Assembly (NCBI RefSeq): GCF_006345805.1
Contig: NC_043007.1
Coordinates: forward strand, 26,722,001-26,786,000
DNA from: Octopus sinensis
Lineage: Eukaryota
Direction: 5' to 3'
Length of the DNA stretch: 64,000 bases
In this document: piece by piece, positions 52,219-64,000 of the stretch
Numbering within the stretch: position 1 is the first letter of the stretch
How the letters are laid out: every line of letters begins with the position of its first letter
The notes under the pieces: model-generated
Seen by the model: the letters and a program-made list of their open reading frames with translations, nothing else
Told to the model about the DNA's origin: nothing
Databases searched by the model: none
Position numbers and translations under genes: made by a program

Positions 52219-52248
52219 TTAGGGTTAGGGTTAGGGTTAGGGCTAGGG
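52219..52248 (+). repeat. Interstitial telomeric repeat (TTAGGG)4 + CTAGGG
   Basis: Direct reading. Confidence 0.85.
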
Positions 52249-52770
52249 TTGAGAGGCTTGACAGGACAAAGAAGTGCAGACACAGGAAGTTGGAAAGATA
52301 TATGAGAATGGTCACGGGTCAAATGGTAGTGATAAAAATGTGTTGGTTGGTAGAGAGACAGGAAGCAATAGATAGGTAAGTTGGTGAGAGAGCGAAAGGG
52401 AGAAAAGAAAAGAAAAGAAAAGAGGAATGAACCATGTTCAAACAAACAATTACAGGTGTATGAGGTGATGATATGAAAGATCCGTAGCATTAAATTAAAT
52501 AATGAATTTCGAAAGTTAAACACCACAAGACAAACACGGACGAACGCAACATTGACACGCAAGACATGTACATGCTCATTTCTCGTCAGTTATCGTCCAT
52601 AAAAAAATCTTACGATTTCACGCCTTTAACGATAATATTGTTCATAATTCGGTAGCGTCAACAGCGAAAAGGGCCTGGGAATATGAGAAAACGTTGAGGA
52701 AAGGGACGAAAACAAGCACGTCACAGGAACGAACATACAAGCATATATAAGGACACACACACGCATACGA

Positions 52771-52811
<41 letters not shown>

Positions 52812-52869
52812 TATATATATACATATATATGTATATATATATATGTCTGTGTGTGTGTGTGTACTATTA

Positions 52870-53272
52870 TTCTTTTATTTGTTTCAGTCATTTGACTACG
52901 GCCATGTTGTAGCACCACCTTTTAGTCGAACAAATCGACCTCAGGACTTATTCTTTGTAAGCCTAGTACTTACTCTATCGGTCTCCTTTTGCTGAACCGC
53001 GAATTTACGGGGCGTAAACACACCAGCATCGGCTGTGAAGCGATGTTGGGCGGGGGGACAAACACAGACACACAAACACACACAGACACATATATTTATA
53101 TATATATATATATATATATACATATATATGACGGGCTTCTTTCCGTTTCCGTCTACCAACTCCAACACACAAGGCTTTGATCGGCTCCGGGCTGTAGTAG
53201 AAAACACTTGCCCAAGGTGCGACTGAACCATGTGGTTAGTAAGCAAGCTACTTACCACAAAACCACCACTCC
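52870..53272 (-). mobile_element. SINE-A
   Basis: Reverse complement of SINE-A; further partial copies at ~2225-2398, 11665-11945, 30745-30890, 34880-35015, 38855-38970 and 60940-61290. Confidence 0.85.
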
Positions 53273-54522
53273 GTATATATATACATTTATGTATAAATAT
53301 TAATATATTGAAATACATGCATAGAATATTGCGTATATATTATGTAAATATATATTACGTCAATTTTGATATATGTGTGCGTGTGTGTGTGTATGTGTGT
53401 ATGTATTTTTCTGTATGTAGATACGGATACACGCATTTGTGCATACATATATATACGTTCTTACAAATTTGATTTGTTTGCGTTATGGCATACCGCTCCT
53501 CGAACGTTCGAAGCACAGCAAACAAAATTAAGCATCTAATTTAAAATTTTCAAAAAAAAATTGGCAGTTATACAATGCAGAAATATTGAAATAACTGAAA
53601 ATATGTAGAAAGTAATTCTTTGAACTTTGTACAGTAATAAAACATTGTGAATATAATGCCATAAATATACGTGTGTGTGTGTGTATGTGTGTCTGTGTGT
53701 GTGTGTTTATATATGATTACTGACATAGAATTCCTACAAACTTGTCTCTTAGTTTGAATATAAATATGTGATGACTCGTTACGAACCCCTATTTTTGAAT
53801 AGAATATTATATTTGAGGCGTTTCAAATACCGAAGAGAAACGGAGCATGACGGAAGGTCAACAGCAGATCTGTTATGAGTCAAGACACGAAAAAAATTCT
53901 GTCACTTCACCCTCATCACGTGACACCTCCGTTGACACAACGTGTCTCACACGCATGCGTTCGCAATCTACGATTTGGCTGAGAGGAAATCTGCGTTAAA
54001 AAGCATGGTGAGTTCTGGAACAGTTCTTAAGAATTATGTACGTTAACTTACAGATCTCTCGCAACATGCATAATACCTCGTATATAAAATGAATTATTTA
54101 TACATAAGAATGTCTATATCTAATTACAATATCTAAGAGATAATTAGGTTATAACCTCTGAATATTTTCAGCACACAATAGAATATAGATCCTCGAGAAA
54201 CTTATCAAAATGCACATGAATAAATAATATATATATACAACCAAATTTTACACATAAACGCCCGCATATACACACGTTCACACTCACACAGACACGCGCG
54301 CGCGCATTGACTAACGCAGAAGTTCAGTTAAAAACGCGCAAGCATGTAAATATATGCATTGACTTAACACAAACAAACAGGATGAGAAACATAGAGATTT
54401 GAATAGACATACAGATATATGTGTGTGTATGTGCGTGTGTGTGTGTGTGTGTGTGTGTATTTACATATGTAAAAAGTAACATATATATACGCAGACATAC
54501 ATACGCATATATATCTATGTGC

Positions 54523-54575
<53 letters not shown>

Positions 54576-54675
54576 GCAGCGTATGCTGCAACTTCTAATA
54601 TAGTTAGATGCATCATATACGAGATACATAAATATATACATACATATATATACATACGTATATATATATGTATAT

Positions 54676-54731
<56 letters not shown>

Positions 54732-54739
54732 TATGTGTG

Positions 54740-54783
<44 letters not shown>

Positions 54784-55851
54784 GCGTATGCTGCAATTTC
54801 TAATATAATTAGATGTATCATATACGAGATACATAAATATATATACACAAACATGTATACACATGTGTGTACGTATTTATATATGTATGTACATTCATAT
54901 ATATATACATATATATATATGTATATATAAAAAACATATATACACACATGTTTATATATATATATACATGTATATATAAACAAACATTTATATACACACA
55001 CATATGTATACACATATACACAAGCGAAAATATCTGCATATATACTGAGAGATATTTAGGTGTGTGTAAATATGCATATGCTCGTACGCTCGTATATATT
55101 TGTATAAGAAAGCATCGAATCAATTGATTGTTAATAACACCAACACGAATGACATCCTGACATAGCAATGGAAGACACAAAAATATAGATTACGCTACTT
55201 ACCCAAATACACATCCGTACATACACTCACACAAAAGACACACACACACACGTCAGTGAGAGACAAAGCTCTACATTTAATATGCTTTCTGATTGTAATG
55301 TATTGTCATAATAATGATACGACAATATTATCTCTAAGATGATATTTGGACGAGTTCATCGCTGGAGATTAGCTGGAAGACATTTTGAAAAATATTCTAT
55401 AGTTTTTTGACGTTTCATTTTTTTTCTCCATATTTCCTTCCATTTATTTCTTCGTCTATAACCTCTTTTTTTTCTTTTTTTTGGCTTTCATTCTTGTCTT
55501 TTTCCTAGTTATTTTTGACTAAATTCATTCATTTGTCGTTCTATACGTTTATTATCAATATGGCTGAAGGAAAATGCCTCGAGAGAGCGTTCAACATACG
55601 TCTTTACTGTAATTTCTGATATAGCGATATATATCGTACATGAGATACAAGCATACACGTACACAAAAACGCATATACACAACTATGTATGTACACGTCT
55701 ATGTGCTTATGCGTATATATATATGTATGTTTATATATATATATAGAGAGAGAGACACGTATATATGATGTATAATGTGCTTGTATAATGTCTAATGCAT
55801 TTCATATTTATTTTAGTAAGTAGGTGCTTCAATTGCAACAATATCAACGAG

Positions 55852-55865
55852 TGCTACTACCACTA

Positions 55866-55962
<97 letters not shown>

Positions 55963-55990
55963 CAATAATAATAATAATAATAACAACAAC

Positions 55991-56027
<37 letters not shown>

Positions 56028-56281
56028 CTGATGATGATGAGGAGGATGAGGAAGATAATGATGATGATGATGATGATGATAATGATGATGATGATGATGA
56101 TGATGATGATAATTATTATTATTATGACGACGATGATGACGAAGACGATGATGATGATGATAATAATAATAATTAATGACAACAACAACAGCAATAATAA
56201 TAATAACAATAATAATAATAATAACAATAATAGTAATAACAATAATAATAATAATAATAATAGTAATAATAAAAATAATAA

Positions 56282-56348
<67 letters not shown>

Positions 56349-56378
56349 CATCATCATCATCATCATAACAACAACAAT
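55852..56378. repeat. Compound trinucleotide array (ACT, AAT, GAT, AAC, CAT)
   Basis: Direct reading. Confidence 0.95.
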
Positions 56379-56584
56379 ATTGCATCGGTTGCAAATGCAA
56401 TGTTCTTCATTGTACGTGTAGTATTATTAGTATTGCAAATTTTCCTGCGAGGGGAAATGATCGTTTCTGTTGTTGTTGCTGTTCTCGTTGTAGTTGTTTT
56501 GTTCAACTTGTAATACAATGGCAATAAAGATTACAGGATATACAGACACATCCTGATATACGCGCATACATGAATATCTACATT

Positions 56585-56623
<39 letters not shown>

Positions 56624-56628
56624 TTATT

Positions 56629-56682
<54 letters not shown>

Positions 56683-56973
56683 TGCTTATATACGTTTTAT
56701 TGTTTGTGTTTGTGTGTTTGTGTGCGTGTGGGTTGTGTGTATGGAAAGACGAGGATGGTGATGAAAGAGCGACTGGAATGAGAGAAATAGATAGGTATGT
56801 GTAGACATTTTACGCATATATATTCCTGTAAACACTCGCACACACACACACACACACGAACATATGTATGTTATATATATGATATATACATGTATATATG
56901 TTAGTATTACTTGTATATATATTTATATGGATATATATATATATGTACACTGATACATAAATACATATATACG

Positions 56974-57023
<50 letters not shown>

Positions 57024-57394
57024 GTGCATGTGTGTGTGTGTATAGTCATACATAACTATATACATATATATATATATATATATATGCATACACATGCTAT
57101 ATGTGTATGAGTGTAGTCAACAATAGGCATGTATATGATTGTGTCTATCTGTGTAGGAGCATATTGTCTTTGAGATAACATCATAACGGCATACTTAGCA
57201 TGATTGTCATTGTAAGATCTTTGGGAAATCATATGAAGCCGAAATGTTTAAAAAAAATAGACACGACAACGACAGCAACCAGAACAACAATAACAACAAC
57301 AACAAAACTACAATGGCGAACAGACAAAAATAAAACACATCGAAAATATAGAATCAGAGATGTACACATTGATCTGCGCACACATATATTTTAC

Positions 57395-57427
<33 letters not shown>

Positions 57428-58069
57428 TATGGATGTATGGATGTCTGTATATCTGTTTCCCTAGCCGGCTTGGTTCTGAGATGAGTATGATATATTGAAA
57501 GTAAAGACTGCTCTTTGTAGACCAAACATTTGCTTGGTTTATAATTTAGGTGCAGATGTACGTTGTCGGCAACACAGATGCTCTCCCTTGAGAGTCGCAT
57601 CTTTGACTTGGCGGCACATGAAAGTCGTGAGAGATAGTGGATAGAGAGAGTCGAATCGATAGAGCAGCGTGTCCGTTGCTCTAACCACAAGGCCATGTAC
57701 CTCCACTTAATTTATATACCAGACTGAATAAAATTACTTGAGGAGGACTCGATTCACTGGAATAAACTATATGAAGGCGATGCCCCAGAATGTCCGCCCC
57801 TCACTGAAGTAAACAGTCGGAAAATACGAAACCAACATGTGAAAAACTTAGAGTGAAAAAAAAGAAAAGGAACAGGCAGTTACCCCTGAGGCTTGAACTA
57901 CGAATCTGCTATTCGCCAGATAGTCGTGCAACCGGGTTTCTTCTTTAGTATTAGGGACTATTGTTTATAGCTCGATCGGTATTTGAGTTCGATCGTCTAG
58001 CGTGGATTTAATTACATAATTTTAGATGATTCTGTTGTTAGGTTCGAAATGTGAAGAATATTCGATATC

Positions 58070-58870
58070 TGTGTGAATGTGTGTTTGTGTATGTGTGTGT
58101 GTGTCTCTGTGTTTATGTATGTTTGTGTGAGTTTGAGTTTGTGTGTCTCTCTGTGCGTCTGTGCGTATGTATATTTGTGCGAGTGTGTATGTGTGTGCAT
58201 GTCTGTTGTATGCATGTGTATGAGTGTTTGCGTGTCTACGTATGTGTGTATGCGTTGTGTGTGCATGTGTATGTGTGTTTGTGCGAGTATTGTTTGTGTG
58301 TGTTTGAGCGAGTATTATTCGTATGTGTGTGTCCCTGTGTTTAGGTATTTTGTTTGTGTGTGCATGTATGTCGTGAGGTCATGTGTGTATGTGTGTGCCT
58401 GCTCGAGTGTGTTATATATGTGTTTGTATGCATATATGCGTGTATGTCGTGTATCAGTGTGTGCATGTCTGCATGTGTGCGGGTTTGTGAATATGGTGTC
58501 TATTTTGTATATGCGTGTATCTTGTATATGTTGTATAATATTTTGCATATTTGTGTTTGTGTCGAGCACTACTGTGTGTGTCGGTGTGTTATCAATGTGT
58601 ATGCGCACGTACGTATGTGGTCTGTGTAGGTATATGTATGTTTAGGTGTTTCGGCGCGCACACGCCAGCGTGTGCATAGCGTATATGTGAATTTCTGTGT
58701 GTATGCATGTGTGTGTTCGCATGTATGTATATGAAACGTATTTCATTGTGTGCATTGTGTATATGCATGTGCGTATGTATGTTTTTGGCTGTGGATGCAT
58801 CTTGTATGTACGCGTACGTGTATGTGCTGTACGCGTACGGTCTGTATGTGTGTGCGTGTATGTGTTTGTT
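58070..58870. repeat. Long degenerate (TG)/(TATG) low-complexity tract
   Basis: Direct reading; source of the Cys/Val-rich false ORFs. Confidence 0.9.
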
Positions 58871-60448
58871 TATAAGGACGATATACTGCCTGCTCCCGAG
58901 ACACAAACGGAGGTTATGTACCGCAATGCGAAATAAAGACAGCACGATTGTTGTAAGTTACACATTAGTAATATGAGATCCAGCACTTCCATATATAAAA
59001 CTCACCACAGACTATTTCCCACCACAGCCTTTCTGAAACGAAATTCCATACACCCCGACCATGTTTATGGAGAAACGCAACATTAAGCTGTGTATATGAC
59101 CTGATCGTCCTGTAAAGTAACGTTGCAATTTCATATCAAATTGCCGTCCATTCCTTTCTGTCATAAACATGTTTACGATTCGGGGCAACATTAATATCAA
59201 CAAGATATTCTCGAAAACCTTTAAACAGGGAAATTACTGCATGTAGTAATTTAAGATATGATGTTATAGGGTTTAACTAGCTCAGTGTTCGGATATATAC
59301 AGGCTACGAATTCGACATCAAGTCTGTGTCTCCTGAACTGGGAATCCGTGTCCTATGTTGCAAACACAGAAAGTTGGTCTTTCTCGTCGCTGGTTGATGA
59401 TATTGCAGAGACGGTAAGTTAACCAGTTCTGCTTCTTCTATGATGTTTCCAGAAGCAAGCTCTTAATCCCTAGTGCACTTACCATCTCTTCACTCGTGGA
59501 TATGCGTACATATCTGTCTTAGGGTACCTCTTTACAGTTTTTCTCTAACATTTTGCTCACTTAGCCTTTTAGGACACACTCAATAGATTATCCCACAAAC
59601 ATTAGAAACTTATTATAATGGACATGGACAGTACAGAGCTAGTCCCACGTCATTTAATCATGTACACAGTCTGGGGCAACATGTGACATGTAGCCTTTAA
59701 CTTTCAGAGTGTAGGTCTATTTGGGATTACCTGCCTTTAGATGAGCAGCTAAAAGGCCTCAGCTGTTCAAGATTCATTGGGTCGCCTGTGAGGGGCCTTT
59801 TTCCGGAGACAACTCGATGACAAAATCCATATCTGGGACCTGGACAGATTCTACTACTCTGGGTTCCATAATAGTAGACCTGGAAAGAATAGTGATTAAG
59901 AGGTATTTCCAAATTCCTCATAACACTGAAATACCTGAGTCAGGGCCCCGCTATTCCATACAGTTGAAAATCATTCGCAGAACGTCGGGGATACTTACTA
60001 ATATACGGAAGTCTGAAAAAGTATGCGAATATATTGAACAATATGTTTTTGCAGTTGCAAAAGACAAACTAAAGCCTATCGTTCTGGTTGGATCGCTTTG
60101 ATCAAAGGTTGGTACAATGGCGATTGACCTGGGAATAAAGAACAACGGCAAAAACAACAAAGCAAACATGCACATTGCTATTTATTTATTCCACTTCATA
60201 CACCAATATAGAAAAGCCGTTGCATGATCTTTACGAATTTGATCAGAATTTGATCAATAGATTTTATGGTTGCAATAAAAACTGTTGTTCAATGCCGAGT
60301 TCTAAATAAAGAACTTTAGGAATATCAGTCGAATAAGTTATCCAAGTGGGTTGGAAACAAAGTCATGTCGCATATCAGCATTGCGAAGAAGCAAATGCCT
60401 CTTTGGACTTAATAGATATATTTAATCAAGATAATATTTCCTCTCGTT

Positions 60449-60662
60449 TGGCGGTGAGCCGGAGGAATCGTTAACACGCCGGGAAAAATGCTTAGCGACA
60501 TGTCCGTTTTTACATTCTGAGTTCAAATTCCACTGAGGTCGATTTTGCCTCTCATCACTTCATGGCCGATAAAATAAATACCATAGAAAGACTGGAGGTC
60601 CTTGTAATCGACTTGTCCACTTCCCAGAAACTGCTGGCCTTGTGCCAAAACTGGAAATCAAT
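60449..60662 (+). mobile_element. SINE-B1, decayed
   Basis: ggcggtgagccggaggaatcgttaacacgccggg...gagttcaaattccactgaggtcgattttgcc. Confidence 0.7.
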
Positions 60663-61944
60663 ATTTGCGGTGAACCGGCAGGATCGTTAGCAAGCTGGAC
60701 AAAATGCTTTGCAACGTTTCGCTCTTCTTGTTGTTCTGCGTTCAAATTTCGTCGCAGTAGTTTTTGCTTCCGAGTTTCTTATAATATTGGGGATGAACAT
60801 AACATATTGTTATAGTTAAGCGTATAACATTGCTTAAGAAGAGACAGTGTAGCAATTGCTACATTATATACATTTGAACCTTAAAACTCCCTAAAGCCGA
60901 ACGCGTTGGTGTGTGTTGGTTTGGGAAGACGTTTGCTTCCCAAACACGAGGAAACTGGAAGAAGCCTGTTATATGCATGCTTTATGTATATATGTAGGTG
61001 TTTGTATGAGTGTGTGTATATGAATATGTGTGTATTATGTATGTGTGCGTGTGATTGTCTTTGCGTCTGTTTGTCTCCCACTACCGTTTAACAACCAGTG
61101 GTTGTATGTTTGTCAACCCATTACATGGCGGTTCAGTATAAGACTCCAATAGAATAAGTACCAGCCTTTAAAAAAAATTATAATAAATACCGAGGTCAAT
61201 TTATACAACACAAAAATTTTGAAGGCGGCGCCAAAACATGGCGGCAGTCTCATGACTGAAGCAATGGAAAGATAAAAAATATTAGAAAGAGCGTAAGAGA
61301 AAATTTTATAAATTTCCAAACCAATTAACCGGATTTGTATTATATTCGTGTTTTTTGTCGAAAAAATTAGTTGCCTAATTGTGGATCACTTTTCGTATCG
61401 CAATCAAAATTGGTTAGTTAAGATAACTGATGGTGTACGGAATTTGCACGTATTATTGTTTCTAGGTAAAAAAAAAAAACAGAAAAAAGGCGTCCATCAT
61501 TATCTGTAACTGGGTAATTAATTAGTGTTTTAATTTACACAATATCTCAACGTAACCATGTAAAATCTTGCTTCAGTCAATGGTGAAGGGAAAAAAAACT
61601 CTATTAAAAACATTCTAAGAGTGAGGTATTTCTTTCGAAACACGAAAACTGCATTACTCATATAAATACACAGAGACGCTTTAATAAACATTCATGCCCA
61701 TAAACACACGTATTTGCATAAACACATATACACACACATATACGTACAACAATTCTATGCACACACTTGTGTATATGGATATCGAATAGCCGTTGATACA
61801 AACACGTGGTATCACAATCAAGCATTAGAGACTGAAAAATTAAGTACCTGTTGTGTACTGAGGTTGATATAATGAACTGGCCCCCTCCCCCAAAATTTCG
61901 GGCCTTGTGCCAATTGTGGAAAGAAATATTATACATTGATTTAA

Positions 61945-62272
61945 GGCAGCGACTTTGCTTTTCATCCTTTTGGGGTCGATAAATTAAGTACCAGTTACGC
62001 ACCGGGGTCGATATAATCGACTTAATCCGTTTGTCTGTCCTTGTTTGTCCTCTTTGTGTTCAGCTCCTTGTGGGTAGTAAAGAAATAGGTATTTCGTCTG
62101 CCGCTACGTTCTGAGTTCAAATTCTGCCGAGATCGACTCTGCCTTTCATCCTTTCGGGGTCGATTACATAAGTACCAGTTACGCACTGGGGTCGACGCAG
62201 TCGACTTAATCACTTTATCTACTCTTGTTTGTCCCCTCTATGTTTCGCCCCCTTGTGGGCAACAAAGAAATA
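61945..62272 (+). mobile_element. SINE-B2 dimer, 5'-truncated
   Basis: Junction gtagtaaagaaataggtatttcgtctgccgctacg at ~62074-62106. Confidence 0.82.
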
Positions 62273-62914
62273 GTTATCATACATTGATTTACACTGGTTG
62301 GAATCGTCACATTGCATGTCTAGTCTCAAATGGGCCGCTTTTTATAATTAGGTTATGTTGTTTATATTCTGCATTCCAGCTTGCCTCCGACTCTTTGTAG
62401 TTGCACCAGATTATCATTAGATTCACTGACGTCATTAATTGACTCCTGACCATAAGGCAGACTATATCATTTGATAACACAATCAACACTAATATTCACT
62501 TTGCCATTAAGTCGATCTAATAAACTGGTCTCGTCCCCACAAAATTTCGGGTCTTGTGCCTAGAGTGGGAGAGAATATTATCATCATCATCATCATTGTT
62601 CGACCGTGGTCGAGACAATGGAATTTACCATGCTACGCCAGACTTCACGGTCCATCTTAGCATTACGGAGGTCCTGTTGCTGGATGCCTGTATCCCTGGA
62701 GATTACATCAGGGTAGGAGAATATTATACATTGATCTAAGGCGGTGAGCTGGCAGAGTCGTTAACACGCCGAGCGAAATGATTAACGTCACTTTGTCTGT
62801 CTTTATGTTCTGAGTTCAAATTCTGCCGAGGTCACATTTGCCTTTCGTTCTTTCGGAGTCGATTAAATAAGTACAAGTTACGCATGGGATCGACGCAGTC
62901 GACTTAATCCCTTT

Positions 62915-63299
62915 GAGGAGGCACAATGGCCCAGTGGTTAGCGCAGTGGACTCGCGGTCGTAGGATCGCGGTTTCGATCCCCAGACCGGGCGTTGTGAGT
63001 GTTTATTGAGCGAAAACACCTAAAGCTCCACGAGGCTCCGACAGGGGATGGTGGTGATCCCTGCTGTACTCTTTCACCACAACTTTCTCTCACTCTTACT
63101 TCCTGTTTCTGTTGTACCTGTATTTCAAAGGGCCGGCCTTGTCACTCTCTGTGTCACGCTGAATATCCCCGAGAACTACGTTAAGGGTACACGTGTCTGT
63201 GGAGTGCTCAGCCACTTACACGTTAATTTCACGAGCAGGCTGTTCCGTTGATTCGGATCAACTGGAACCCTCGTCGTCGTAACCGACAGAGTGCTTCCT
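62915..63299 (+). mobile_element. SINE-C full length inserted into a SINE-B2 (62719-63362), 12-bp TSD
   Basis: A box tggcccagtgg, B box ggtttcgatcccc; cttaatcccttt at 62903-62914 and 63300-63311. Confidence 0.92.
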
Positions 63300-64000
63300 C
63301 TTAATCCCTTTATCTATCCTTGTTTGACCCCTCTATATTTAGCTCCCTAGTGGGCAACAAAGAAATAAATATTATACATTGATCCTCCGAGTCTTTGCCA
63401 TTGCACCAGATAATCATTAGATTCACTGACTTCATTAATTGACTCCTGACCATCAGTCAGACTATATCATTTGGTAACTTAATCAACACCAATATTCACT
63501 TTGCTGCTAAAGTGATAGGACAATTATTTGAAAGATATTTGAAACTTGATCGTTTTTTGTTCTTTTGTTTTCTCCCCGGATTCCTTGCGGGAACTGGAAA
63601 TTATCCATGACCAGCGCGAAAAACCCGTTAGTTGATTTTTATCGACGTACAACTTCTCCCCTCCGTCGTCATCTATATTGCACATGTCTAACCCTCAATA
63701 GACCGTTATAATAGAATATCTACTGACCGTGTTGCCTTATGGATATAAGGTTCTGAGACTGATATAGGGTTCTGATCGCCTTATGACAACCTTCTGGCAA
63801 CTTTTGTTCACGCCTGATACCAAACTGCACTTCTGTTAAAGGGACAACCTGCGCAACAAAGTGTCTAAAACAACCGTGACCATACTTGCTCACCACAAAG
63901 AAAACGCTGGAGATGTCGTAGCCTCAGCGTTGTCTGAACGGCAAAACAGATGAAACTGCCGATTAGCATGGTGTCCGGCATGCTAACGATTTTGGCAATT

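Noticed and set aside
59293-59879. Possible exons: plus 59304-59414 (ACG|GTAAGT donor) and minus 59731-59879 (ttctttccAG, CAG|GTAATC)
   Set aside because: Splice-like motifs are expected by chance in 64 kb, the peptides resemble nothing I recognise, and the two lie on opposite strands.
62915-62990. tRNA genes at SINE heads
   Set aside because: A and B boxes are present, but each head continues into a SINE body with TSDs and no complete cloverleaf or acceptor stem is evident.

Overview
Eukaryotic, AT-rich, extremely repeat-dense genomic DNA. The repeat complement (abundant tRNA-derived SINEs plus long TA, CA, GATA and AAT microsatellites) looks like an octopus/coleoid cephalopod genome; this is recognition from memory, not a database result. 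I cannot support any host protein-coding gene. Nearly all ORFs in the track are microsatellite translations, and the recognisable protein remnants all come from transposons: a deleted Helitron (774-1956), two 5'-truncated CR1/L2-group LINEs (2923-3927 minus, 50003-51012 plus) and three Tc1/mariner remnants. The rest is several modular SINE families (labelled here A-G; they probably include the described octopus OK/OR1/OR2 SINEs, but I cannot map the names), non-autonomous Helitrons, Penelope-like repeats, local duplications and a 100-N assembly gap. Most interesting signals: (1) a covarying RNA hairpin in two diverged Penelope-like repeat copies (5741-5818, 49591-49670) that carries the conserved hammerhead core segments in register but in a non-canonical strand order; (2) a minimal Penelope-type hammerhead with an A6U core change (44800-44835, minus); (3) a 3' stem-loop with compensatory changes shared by two LINE families and several SINE tails; (4) SINE-B concatemers with one head, up to five bodies and an invariant junction at five loci; (5) a train of retroposons strung along (TAA)n.
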